Shown: positions 21,969-31,901, counted from the first letter of the stretch. The stretch is DNA of 64,000 nt from an uncultured Acidobacteriota bacterium (GCA_963814955.1 CAWFEX010000016.1:75498-139497); one strand, 5' to 3'. The notes: generated by a model not told the origin, from the letters alone. Numbers and translations: made by a program.

Positions 21969-22778
21969 GTGAAGAAGCTGCTTATCGCGTCGGTCACGTC
22001 GCTGGCGGTGGCCGCAGGGCTCGCCGCACAGACGACGAACCAAGGTGGCGGCATAGAACAAATTCAAGTCGGCGGAACGCCGAGGGTCTCGCCCGGCGAT
22101 GCCGTCAGGCCGGCGCCCCGGCTGCCCGATGGCACGGTCGATCTCACCGGCCCCTGGGTAGGGGGCGGATCGAACGGCGACATCGAGCGCGATGGCGGGT
22201 TGAAGGAGGGCGAGTTGCCGCTGCTGCCCTGGGCACGACAGGTTCGCGACACCCGCAAAACAGAGAACGAACCCTACACGGCGTGCCTTCCGATGAGCGT
22301 GCCACGGGTCAACCCCTACCCGTGGAAGTTCGCAATGACATACACAGCCAAGGGGCTGTCACATATTTACGTTCTCCACGAGACAGGCGACGCCGGGGCG
22401 CATCGGGTGATCTACATGGACGGCCGGCTGCATCCGCCCGATCCCGTGCCTACCTGGTGGGGCCATTCCATCGGCCGCTGGGAAGACGACTCACTCGTCG
22501 TCGATACCGTCGGCTACAACGACAAGTTCTGGTTCGACAGCCGCGGCACGCCCCACACCGAGCAGCTGCACACGATCGAGCGTTTCACGCGGATCAACTT
22601 CGGCACGTTGATCAACGACTTCACGCTGGACGATCCGGGCGCTTTTTCAAGGCCGGTCCAGCTGACATTCACGGCCACGCACATCCGGCCCGATCTCGAC
22701 ATGATGGAATTCATCTGCCTCGAAGACAATCAATACGGGGTTGCCGGTGGCTTCACGCCGGCGCAGCCGGACAGATAG
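21969..22778 (+). CDS. Secreted DUF6152-associated family protein, subtype B
   Basis: CLPMSVPR, WKFAMTY, PTWWGHSIG, EFICLEDN. Confidence 0.85.
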   Translation: MKKLLIASVTSLAVAAGLAAQTTNQGGGIEQIQVGGTPRVSPGDAVRPAPRLPDGTVDLTGPWVGGGSNGDIERDGGLKEGELPLLPWARQVRDTRKTENEPYTACLPMSVPRVNPYPWKFAMTYTAKGLSHIYVLHETGDAGAHRVIYMDGRLHPPDPVPTWWGHSIGRWEDDSLVVDTVGYNDKFWFDSRGTPHTEQLHTIERFTRINFGTLINDFTLDDPGAFSRPVQLTFTATHIRPDLDMMEFICLEDNQYGVAGGFTPAQPDR

Positions 22779-22853
22779 TTGGTGGTTGGTAGCCGGAGGC
22801 CTTCAGGCCTCCGCGTGTGGTTGGTAGTGGTCGGGAGTTTTTCGGAGGTCTCA

Positions 22854-23234
22854 ATGAGAGCGACAGTCGCGACGATACTGGCTTCCTTCGTTCTGGCGGT
22901 GCCGATGGCTGCCCACCATTCGTGGACGGCCGATTACGACGCCGCCAAGCCGGTGACCGTCAAGGGAGTGGTAACCAAGGTGGAGTGGACGAATCCGCAC
23001 ACGCACTTCTATATCGAGAGCAAGGACGAAAAGGGAACCGTCACCAACTGGAACTTCGAAATGGCGAGCACGCTCGCGTTGGAGCGTGGCGGCTGGTCGA
23101 GAAAGACGCTTCCGGTCGGCACCGAGGTGACGATTTCCGGATTTGGCGGACGGGCCGTGATCGAACGCGCGATTGCGAGCTCGATCACCACGGCCGACGG
23201 CCGTTCACTGTTTGTGGCGAAGCCGGGCAATTAA
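22854..23234 (+). CDS. DUF6152 family exported protein
   Basis: PMAA-HHSWTADYD, WTNPH. Confidence 0.85.
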   Translation: MRATVATILASFVLAVPMAAHHSWTADYDAAKPVTVKGVVTKVEWTNPHTHFYIESKDEKGTVTNWNFEMASTLALERGGWSRKTLPVGTEVTISGFGGRAVIERAIASSITTADGRSLFVAKPGN

Positions 23235-23256
23235 ACCGTAGCCGGGTAATTAAACC

Positions 23257-23374
23257 GTAGTGTCCGGCTTTAGCCGGACCTCAAGTCCGCCTGCCCTCGA
23301 CTTACGTCAGGGCACCCCGAGCATCGTCGAGGGGTGAAGGCGGACACTACGTCGGGTTATGAAACCGGTTCTAG
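23257..23374. repeat. Composite REP element (GTAGTGTCCGGCTTTAGCCGGAC pair with nested CTTCGAC-type palindrome)
   Basis: Near-identical to 49743-49860. Confidence 0.8.
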
Positions 23375-23412
23375 GCACCACAGGCACTCTAATGACCCAA
23401 GGAGTAGTTGAC

Positions 23413-24216
23413 GTGAGAAAGCTGTTTGTCGTCCTGGTTGCCGTCGCCATGGTCGGCGTCACGCTGCCGCTTGTCGCGCAGTCGCAGGAGCTCGGTCGGC
23501 GTCTGGGCGGTGAGAACGGTCCGCGCCGCGCGGCCGCCGTCGATCGACCGGTGCCCAAACTCCCGGACGGCAAGGTCGACCTGTCCGGCGTGTGGTCGGG
23601 CGGTGGCGACGGCTCTATCGAGCGCCTCCTGAAGCCGGGCGAGCTGGACGGCATCATGCTCCCGTGGGCGAAGAAGCTGTACGCGGAACGGAATGCGACC
23701 GACGGCCTTGATCCATATTTCTCCTGCATGCCCGGGGGCCCGCTGCGTATCACGGGAGGGTTCGGATGGCGCCTGGTTCAGCATCCGACGACCAATTCCA
23801 CGCACATCTTCATGCTGCAAGAAGGGAACGCGCACACCTACCGCCAGATCTTCATGGATGGGCGCAAGCATCCTGAGGACCCGAGTCCCACTTGGTACGG
23901 TCACTCAATCGGCCGCTGGGAAGGGGACACGCTCGTCGTCGACACGATTGGCCTGAACGACAGGTTCTGGTTGGATTCGGGCGGAACGCCGCACACCGAG
24001 AAGCTGCACCTGGTGGAGCGCTACACGCGCCCCGATTTCAATACCCTTCGTCGTGCGGTGACCGTCGAAGACCCGGGCGCGTTCACCAGACCCTTCACGG
24101 TCACATTTACGGCAAGGCTGGGAACCCCTGACAGCGAGATCCTGGAGTACATCTGCATCGAGAACAATCAGTACGGGCTCGCTCAGGGGCTTGCTCTTCC
24201 GAATACCCAGAAATAA
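23413..24216 (+). CDS. Secreted DUF6152-associated family protein (divergent A-like)
   Basis: CMPGGPLR, QEGNAHTYRQIFMDGRKHP, PTWYGHSIG, EYICIENN. Confidence 0.85.
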   Translation: MRKLFVVLVAVAMVGVTLPLVAQSQELGRRLGGENGPRRAAAVDRPVPKLPDGKVDLSGVWSGGGDGSIERLLKPGELDGIMLPWAKKLYAERNATDGLDPYFSCMPGGPLRITGGFGWRLVQHPTTNSTHIFMLQEGNAHTYRQIFMDGRKHPEDPSPTWYGHSIGRWEGDTLVVDTIGLNDRFWLDSGGTPHTEKLHLVERYTRPDFNTLRRAVTVEDPGAFTRPFTVTFTARLGTPDSEILEYICIENNQYGLAQGLALPNTQK

Positions 24217-24242
24217 CGTCAGCGTCAAAATCCCCTACGGGC

Positions 24243-24402
24243 CGCGCAGGCTGAAGCCTGCGCGCTACGTTCGGGACTTCGGCGTGCGCGACGTGAACAC
24301 CGAGTAGAGCGCACGCTTTAGCGTGCGCGAGTGCGCGACGTGGACGTTGGGGACGCAATCTCGGAACCTGTAGAGCGCACGCTTTAGCGTGCGCGAGTGC
24401 GC
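24243..24402. repeat. GTAG-type REP cluster
   Basis: cgcgcaggctgaagcctgcgcgctac plus two copies of gtagagcgcacgctttagcgtgcgcgagtgcgc. Confidence 0.8.
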
Positions 24403-24426
24403 TTTCGGAAGGTCAGGAGGAGTTCT

Positions 24427-27400
24427 ATGAGGGGCTCGCGCCGGTTCGTTTCGGCCGTTGCAGTGACAGTTCTCTTCGCAACCGCTACTGTGTGGGCACA
24501 GGCGACCGCACAACTCAGCGGCAGGGTGACCGACGAGAGCGGCGGTGTCCTGCCCGGCGTTTCCGTTACCGTCATCCAGACAGACACGGGCTTCACGCGC
24601 ACGACGGTGACCGACGAAAACGGCGGGTACGTACTGCCGAACCTGCCGCTTGGACCGTACCGGCTCGAGGTGATGCTTGCGGGTTTTCGGACGTACGCGC
24701 AGACCGGCATCGTGCTGCAGGTCGGCGCCACGCCGGCAATCAACGTGGCTCTCGCACTTGGTCAGCTCGCCGAGACCGTCACAGTCGAGGCGGCCGCGCC
24801 GCTGGTTGATACGCAGAGCGCGGGCATTGGCGAGGTCGTGGAGCAGGAGCGGATCGTCGAGCTGCCGCTTCAGGGACGCCAGGTGACCGACCTGATCTTT
24901 TCGGTTGGTGCCGCGGTCGACATGGGACGGCCGAACAACCGCAGCTTTCAGGGTGGAGTCAACATCGCCGTCGCCGGCGGCCTGTCGTTCGGCGTGTCCT
25001 ATCTGCTCGACGGCGCATTACACAACGACCCGCAGAACGCCGCCGGTTTGGCGCTGCCGTTTCCTGATGCGGTGCAGGAGTTCCGAGTCACCACGAGCGG
25101 AACCAACGCGGAGAACGGCGTGCGGTCGGGCGCCTCAGTGAGCGTGGTGACCAGGTCAGGTACTAACCGGTTCTCTGGCAACGGTTTCGAGTTCTACCGC
25201 GATGCGCGGTTCAACTCGATCAGCCGCTTCGCGCCGATAGGACCCGACGGCAAAAAGATCGACGACGGTCTGACGCGACACCAGTTTGGCGGCACGATTG
25301 GCGGACCCGTCCTGCGCGATCGGTTGTTCTTCTTCGGCGCCTATCAGCGGACAGAGACGACGCAGCAACAGGCGCCGCTGCTGGCGCGCGTGCCCACTGC
25401 ACAGATGCTTGCCGGTGACTTCACGACGTTCGCGTCGGCGGCATGTCAGGGTGCCGCGGTCACTCTGCGGCCGCCCTTTGTCGGCAACAGGATCAACCCC
25501 TCCGCGTTGAGCGCGGCCGCTCTCAATCTCGCCGGCCGCCTCCCGACGACGACCGATCCGTGCGGTGAAACGTCCTATTCAATCCCGCTCGACCGAGGCG
25601 AAGGTCAGTTCGTCGGGCGGGTCGATTACCAGCTCAACGCCAACCATTCGATCTTCGGCCGCTACATGGCCACGTCCGACAACACGCTCGCGGCATTCGC
25701 CCGGACCGACAATCCGCTGACGACGACAGAACCGGCGCTCGATAACCTGCAGCAGGCACTGACGCTCGGCGATACCCAGGTATTCGGAGCGAACATGGTG
25801 AATTCGCTCAGGTTCGCGTATACCGATACGGACGTTGATCGCCAGAACGCCTTCTTCGATCCGTCCGATCTCGGAGCGAAGGCGTACAGCTACGTACCGG
25901 ATCAGATGACGCTGAACGTGACCGGCGGCTTCGACATCGGCGCGTCGACGGCGGCGAAGGGGATCGCGAACAATCAGACGTACGCGTTGAACGATGACCT
26001 CACGCTGGTCAAGGGAAGCCACCAGCTCGGCATGGGTGTCAGCGTCGCGTACTGGAAGGTGGATCAGCAGACGTGGGCGCGGGGCTCGGGCCAGTGGACC
26101 TTCACTGGTCAGGCCACCGGTCTCGGCATGACGGACTTCCTCCTCGGTCGCGTCGCCGTGCTCGATCATTCAGGTTTGACCGGCATCACGTTCGACCAGC
26201 GATACCTGGGCGCGTACCTGCAGGACACCTGGCGCGCGAACGGAAGGATCACGATCAACGGCGGTGTCCGCTGGGAGCCGTTCTTCAGCCAGAACCTGCT
26301 GCGCGGGGCGATTACCAAGTTTGATCGCGAGGGGTTCACCGGCAATGTGATCAGCACGCAATACAGGAACGCGCCGGCCGGATTGATTTATCCGGGCGAT
26401 CCCGGTTTCCCTGATGGATCCACCGGGCTGACGACAAAGTGGTTGAACTTCGCGCCGCGTGTCGGCATCGGCTGGGACGTGCACGGCGACGGCCGCCTCG
26501 CGGTCCGGTCGTCCTACGGACTCTCGTACGACTACCCGACAGGCGAGTTCATGTCGAATCCGGCCGCCGCGCCGCCGTACGGCAACCGCATCCGCCTCAC
26601 GGATCCGCCCGGAGGATTCGACGATCCGTACGGCCATCTGCCTGGCGGTGATCCACATCCGATCGTCCCGGGCCCGGACACCGTGTTCCCGGCGTCGGGC
26701 ACGTTTGCTTCGATTGATCCGGATCTCAACGCGCCGCGCATTCAGTCGTGGAACGTCACCGTCGAGCAGCAGCTCGGACTGAACTGGCAGGTGTCGGCGA
26801 GCTACCTGGGTCGCTACTCCGACCGCCTCTGGGGCTTCCAGGCGGTGAACTACGGCGTCTTCCTGGGGCTCGGTCCGTGCACGATCAATGGCGCCGCGTT
26901 CGCGGTCTGCACGACCAACGGCAACCTGCAGCAGCGCCGCGTGCTGTCGCTGTCGAACGAGAACCCGAGGTCCGCCGGGCTTATCGGCATTCTCGACGAG
27001 TACACCAATGACGGAGACCAGAGCTATCGCGGGATGCGGCTGTCCGTCCAGCGGCGTGCCACGACCGGCCTCAGTTTCACTGCAAACTACACGCTGTCGC
27101 GCTGCTACGGCCTCGAAATGGGGACCGCGGCCCAGTTCGGTGCGACGTACACCGATCCGACCAACCCCGACAACGATCGCGGATACTGCGACCAGGACCG
27201 CACCCACCTTGCAAACGCCACGGTGGGGATCGAAACGCCGCAGTTCGGCAACGCGATTCTCCGCACCATTGCGTCCAACTGGGGCATTTCGGCCATCGTG
27301 TCGGCGCGCTCCGGAGCGCGGCTCAGCGTCGTCACCGGTGTGGACACCGCATTCAGCGGCATCACCAACCAGCGCGCGAACCAGGTTTCAGACAACGTGT

Positions 27401-27747
27401 ACGGGGATTCGCAGGAAGATGCACAGGGGCGCCTCGTAAACTACCTGGACCGCGCGGCGTTTGCCGCGCCCGCGCCGGGCACGGTCGGCACAAGCGAACG
27501 CAATGGAATTGTTGGTCCAAGCTACTGGAACGGCATCAACCTGGCGCTTCGCAGGCTCGTGTCACTCGGAGGGACGCGGAATCTCGAACTGCGGATCGAA
27601 GCCTTCAACCTGCTGAACAGCTTCTCCTGGGGCACTCCGGCAGTGGCCAGTCCGACAATAAACCTGGGCTCCGGTCAGTTCGGTCGCATCACGACGCAGC
27701 AGGGTGACCCGCGCATCATGCAGTTCGGGATCAAGTACGCGTTTTGA
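24427..27747 (+). CDS. Oar-like TonB-dependent receptor (intact)
   Basis: Paralog of 13815; RBS AGGAGG; ends QFGIKYAF. Confidence 0.92.
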   Translation: MRGSRRFVSAVAVTVLFATATVWAQATAQLSGRVTDESGGVLPGVSVTVIQTDTGFTRTTVTDENGGYVLPNLPLGPYRLEVMLAGFRTYAQTGIVLQVGATPAINVALALGQLAETVTVEAAAPLVDTQSAGIGEVVEQERIVELPLQGRQVTDLIFSVGAAVDMGRPNNRSFQGGVNIAVAGGLSFGVSYLLDGALHNDPQNAAGLALPFPDAVQEFRVTTSGTNAENGVRSGASVSVVTRSGTNRFSGNGFEFYRDARFNSISRFAPIGPDGKKIDDGLTRHQFGGTIGGPVLRDRLFFFGAYQRTETTQQQAPLLARVPTAQMLAGDFTTFASAACQGAAVTLRPPFVGNRINPSALSAAALNLAGRLPTTTDPCGETSYSIPLDRGEGQFVGRVDYQLNANHSIFGRYMATSDNTLAAFARTDNPLTTTEPALDNLQQALTLGDTQVFGANMVNSLRFAYTDTDVDRQNAFFDPSDLGAKAYSYVPDQMTLNVTGGFDIGASTAAKGIANNQTYALNDDLTLVKGSHQLGMGVSVAYWKVDQQTWARGSGQWTFTGQATGLGMTDFLLGRVAVLDHSGLTGITFDQRYLGAYLQDTWRANGRITINGGVRWEPFFSQNLLRGAITKFDREGFTGNVISTQYRNAPAGLIYPGDPGFPDGSTGLTTKWLNFAPRVGIGWDVHGDGRLAVRSSYGLSYDYPTGEFMSNPAAAPPYGNRIRLTDPPGGFDDPYGHLPGGDPHPIVPGPDTVFPASGTFASIDPDLNAPRIQSWNVTVEQQLGLNWQVSASYLGRYSDRLWGFQAVNYGVFLGLGPCTINGAAFAVCTTNGNLQQRRVLSLSNENPRSAGLIGILDEYTNDGDQSYRGMRLSVQRRATTGLSFTANYTLSRCYGLEMGTAAQFGATYTDPTNPDNDRGYCDQDRTHLANATVGIETPQFGNAILRTIASNWGISAIVSARSGARLSVVTGVDTAFSGITNQRANQVSDNVYGDSQEDAQGRLVNYLDRAAFAAPAPGTVGTSERNGIVGPSYWNGINLALRRLVSLGGTRNLELRIEAFNLLNSFSWGTPAVASPTINLGSGQFGRITTQQGDPRIMQFGIKYAF

Positions 27748-27930
27748 TCCCGGGCGACGGCCACTGATCACGGGCCGCGCCCCTCGACGTTGCTCGGGGC
27801 GCCCTGAGCCAAGTCGAAGGGCGGAGATACGGAGACACGGAGACGATTTCATTACTCTGTGTCTCTGGGGCTCTGTGGCCCGTGAGGGTGTAGTCGCTAT
27901 TTCGCTTTGAACGGCGTGGGACCCGCGATT

Positions 27931-27980
27931 CGGGATCCGGGATCCGGGGTCCGGGATCCGGTCCGGGATCCGAATCCCGA
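27931..27980. repeat. Heptamer array (CGGGATC)n
   Basis: cgggatc cgggatc cggggtc cgggatc cggtc cgggatc cgaatcccga. Confidence 0.8.
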
Positions 27981-28090
27981 ACCTTGGCGCGACCGCCCGT
28001 TGCCGTTACAATCCGACACCTTTGCCGGCGAAGGGTGCAGTGATGGTGTGTCGTGTGGCGGCGGTCCGGTCGCGAAGGCTTCGAGAGGTG

Positions 28091-28204
28091 TCAGGCCGCC
28101 TTGTGCTGGGATTTTCGATCGCGCCGGCGGGCCAGCCAGTCGAGGAGCGCGATGGTCCACACAACGACGGCGATGCCCGCAAACAACAGCAGCGCGTTTA
28201 TCAT
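28091..28204 (-). CDS. 37-aa single-TM small protein (not in the ORF track)
   Basis: MINALLLFAGIAVVVWTIALLDWLARRRDRKSQHKAA*; starts 3 nt after the stop of the upstream gene. Confidence 0.6.
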   Translation of the reverse strand: MINALLLFAGIAVVVWTIALLDWLARRRDRKSQHKAA

Positions 28205-28207
28205 GAT

Positions 28208-28399
28208 TTACGTTCTGCGATCCAAAGCGCAAAGACGAGTACCGACGATCCAGATGACCAGCGTGCTGAACACCAGCGTCAGCGATACATCCGGTTCGCC
28301 GAGCATGAGGCCGATCACGATAGCGGCCGCGATCAGATTCGCGACGTCAGAGACCTTATCAGCCAGCAGGCCACGCCGCCGCTCCGTCAATCCTAGCAT
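28208..28399 (-). CDS. 63-aa two-TM small membrane protein
   Basis: MLGLTERRRGLLADKVSDVANLIAAAIVIGLML...LTLVFSTLVIWIVG. Confidence 0.6.
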   Translation of the reverse strand: MLGLTERRRGLLADKVSDVANLIAAAIVIGLMLGEPDVSLTLVFSTLVIWIVGTRLCALDRRT

Positions 28400-28545
28400 C
28401 GTCTCGAGGCGACTCAAGACCGCTGCCACAGTCGCGTTGCGCCATATTTCGGCCGCTCGCGCGGCGGGGTGAGGATGTAACGGAAACGCTTGCCGCAATT
28501 CTGAAGAGTGAACCCAACTGGAGCGTTTTACCGCCAGTTCTGCCG

Positions 28546-30496
28546 ATGGCAGTGCGACGCTTGCTACGGCGGGCGCTTGCGAAGATTCCGCGCGAACGTT
28601 TGTCTGCCATAGGCGACGCACGCCTCGACATCGATGAGGCTAGTGCCGCCTCCTCTGAGCAGGACACGGAAGCTGTTGGTACGACGACGCGACGGTTATG
28701 GCGGCGCGCCATTCCGATCTCCGCGATGGCTGTCATCGCTGCAATTGGTGCGGTGCTGGCCATCCGCGCCGCAACGAGTTCCACTCCGCTTCTCGTACCC
28801 GCTGTCACACGATTTTCGATCGCTCCCCCTGCTGGCGTCGGTACTGAGCACCGGCAGCGACGAGTCGCTGGCTATTTCACGTGACGGCCGCCGAATCGCG
28901 TACGTCGGCACCCGCGCAGGCACGCCACAACTCTACGTGCGGTCTCTGGATAACGTCGATTCCGTGCCCATTCGAGGCAGTGAAGGGACGGGCACTACCG
29001 TCTTCCTTTCGCCGGACGGTGAGTGGGTTGGCTTCGTGAGCAGCGGTACGATAAGGAAGATGCCGCTCGCGGGTGGTGCGCCACAAACAATCTGCGAGAC
29101 ATGCGCGACGGACACGCCAAGTTGGGGCCCAAACGGGATCATCATTTTTCCGGGCCTGAATGGAGGCCTGATGGAGGTGTCCGCCGCTGGCGGGACACCG
29201 TTACGTCTGACGGCTCCGACCGGAGAAGTGCATCGAGAGCCGCACGCGCTAGCCGATGGCAGGACCGTACTGTTCGTCATTCGCCGCGAGGGACAGTCCG
29301 ACAAGATTGCCGTGCGATCCCTTGTGACTGGCGAGCAACGGGAGCTGTTGGATGGTGTGAAGCCGCGCTTCGTTACTGGCGGTCGCCTGCTCTTCTCGCG
29401 GGGCGCCGTGCTGTGGACGGTGCCGTTCGATCCTGAGCGGCTGCAGGTGCTTGGCGACGCGAGTCGCGTGTTAGACGGAATCCATCAGGGTGGAGGCGGC
29501 AATGGCTCCGGGTTTTTCGATGTGGCCAGCGACGGAACGCTGGTGTATGGCCCCGGTTTGGCGCCCAGACGCACGCTCGTATGGGTCGATCGAAGTGGCC
29601 AGGAGGAAATGATAGCCACACCGCCTCGAGGGTACACCATTCCGCGGCTGTCACCAGACGGGAGCCGCGTCGCACTTGAAGTGGAAGACCAAACGCGTGA
29701 TATCTGGATCTGGGACTTGAAGCGCGGGGCGCTTACACGTGTTACGTCTGATCCGGCTGCAGACCGAGAGCCTACGTGGACGCCTGATGGTCGTCGGCTG
29801 GTGTTTGCGTCGAACCGCAGCGGAACAAGCCGTTTGTATTGGCAATTCGTGGACGGCAGCGGGCCTGTTGCGGAACTCACACGAGGCCTGACGCAGGTAG
29901 GCCAAACATCGTTCTCGCACGATGGCCGCTATGTGGCGGCGACGGTACGTACGCCGACAAGACGCGGCAGCACAGACATCGCCGTGATCGAGATCGGCGA
30001 ATCAGGGCGGGACCCTAGCGTTGACCTCGGAGAAGGCGAGCTGCTCCTCCACACCGGCTCTACGGAGCGGAACGTCGAAATTTCGCCGGACGGACGGTGG
30101 CTTGCGTACGAATCGAACGAATCAGGTCAGTACGACATCTACGTTCGGCCGTTTCCAGAGGTTGACGGCGCGCGATGGCAGATCTCGAACGGTGGTGGGA
30201 TCAAACCCACATGGGCGCGCGACGGCCGTGAGCTGTTCTATCAGACAATCGACCGCGTCATGATGGTCGTTTCGATTCAACCCGGCGAGGTATTCGCCAC
30301 CGGTCCGCCGCGAAAGCTTTTCGATGGCGGCTATTACCCGCCGTCGGGGCCTAACGTGCTCAACGAACGTGCGTATGACGTATCCGCTGACGGCCGACGC
30401 TTTTTGATGATCAAAGAAATGCCATCAGACACGCCGGGGTTTGTGGTGGTGCAGCACTGGTTCGAGGAGCTGAGGCGCCTCGTGCCGAGCAACTAA
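28546..30496 (+). pseudogene. N-terminally truncated Ser/Thr kinase-TM-TolB/PD40 beta-propeller protein
   Basis: Begins at kinase subdomain XI (RRLLRRALAKIPRERL..IGDAR), followed by a TM helix and many SPDG/PD40 repeats, ending VVQHWFEELRRLVP. Frameshift near 28840; kinase subdomains I-X are absent. Confidence 0.75.
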
Positions 30497-30626
30497 CCAC
30501 GAAGGTCACAAAGGCACGAGAATTCATCAGATGTGATTTCGTGTCTTCGTGTTCTTCGTGGTGCCAAATCTGATCGCTCTGCGCCTCTGTGCCTCCGTGG
30601 CCCGTTGAAGTGAAAACTGTTAGCCG

Positions 30627-31789
30627 TTACCTCGCTTTGAACGGCGCGGGCCGCGCGAATCTCGACGCATCGAGCGCCGCGTTCGGCTGGATGTCGGTGA
30701 GCGCAATCGTGTTCTGTCCGTCGGTCCACGTCAGCACGATCTGGAACGGCATCTTCACCCCGGCCACGTCACGATAGTCCGAATATTCGAATTGCATGGG
30801 GACCGTGCCGACCGCGGTGCGATTCCATCGCACGATCCTCACCAGCAGCCCTGCACTGTCGAAATAGAAGTTCACGGGAAGCTGCCCGGCATTCTGACCC
30901 TGGAGAAGCGTGACGGCGTTGCCGTCGATGGTCGTGCCGCTGACTTGCCATTGACTGAAAGCGGGTCGGATGTTGGCTGGAAACAACTGCATGGTTTCGA
31001 GCCTGGCGGCCTCGAGATTTCCTCCGGTCAGCATCAGGAGCGGCAACGGCCTCCATCCCTCCGCTGCCCAGGCGGCGCGGCCATCGAACGTCTTGATGCG
31101 TCGCCTTCGGGTGTGCGGACGACTTGCGCCCGCTGGTTTGGCGCCTTCGCGACGATCTCGATTGGAAACTGGTTCCCTCCGGTATTGAATCCCTCGTACA
31201 TTCCGCGCGCGACAAAGCCGGTCATGCTCGCGAGCCGTTGCGCTCCGCCCAGCGCCTGGGCGTACTTGTTGAAGACCGCGTCCACGGTTGTCCGATCGTC
31301 CGGGAAGATCCGCATCGAGTTCGGATCGTCGACGACTTCGCCGTACTGGAGCGCGAGATTGGGAATGTACTCCGGTCTGTTCTTGGCGTTGTGGCATGTG
31401 AAGCAGCTCACACGCGGCTGGCCGCCGAAGTAGTTCTTGTTGATCGTGTTCATCATCACGATCATCTGCCGCGCGCGCTGAATCAGAGGCGTCGTTTGGG
31501 CAAACGCTCCGCGATCGGTGTAGATGTCGCCGGAATGACAGCTGACGCAGTCGTAGCCGAGCGAGGCGGCGAACATTCCCATCGTGTCCATGAATTCATC
31601 GACGGGAATCCCTTTGAGCACCTGAACGTTCTTGAACACCGCGTCCGACATCAGCGGCGCCTCGGGTCCAGTCTGTCCAGCCTGGGCTGACGCTCCAGCG
31701 CGCAGGCCGACTGCCGCGACCAGGATCACAAAGCACGCGCCAGCCGCCGCCGTGGCGATTCGAGTCGCGCGCCGCACTCCAAGGCTCAT
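30627..31789 (-). CDS. Diheme c-type cytochrome (PufC-like N-domain + LolA-like C-domain), frameshift near 31100
   Basis: Signal peptide, FKNVQVLKG, M..M..SLG..CVSCH, AR.M..M...IN, VSCFTCH. Confidence 0.85.
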
Positions 31790-31840
31790 GTGGTCTCCTT
31801 CGTCAGCGTGGGCATTCTGTGCTGCGAGTTCCTGAAAATT

Positions 31841-31901
31841 AACCAGCCAAGGGCTCGCCCATGATATCGCGCTGTTCGTGAGCCAGGCCCTTGGCTGGTT
31901 G
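31841..31901. repeat. ~60 bp palindromic element, copy 1 (copy 2 at 57401-57461)
   Basis: AACCAGCCAAGGGCTCGCCCATGATATCGCGCTGTTCGTGAGCCAGGCCCTTGGCTGGTTG. Confidence 0.8.

Noticed and set aside
17766-24216. Paralog array as DGR targets, integron cassettes or a shufflon
   Set aside because: Differences are general and mostly synonymous rather than A-specific; there are no attC sites or invertase sites between the genes.
31841-31901. attC site (AAC...GTT ends), also 57401-57461
   Set aside because: The stem is perfectly paired without the unpaired spacer and extrahelical bases, the R boxes deviate from RYYYAAC/GTTRRRY, and the elements do not close cassette ORFs.
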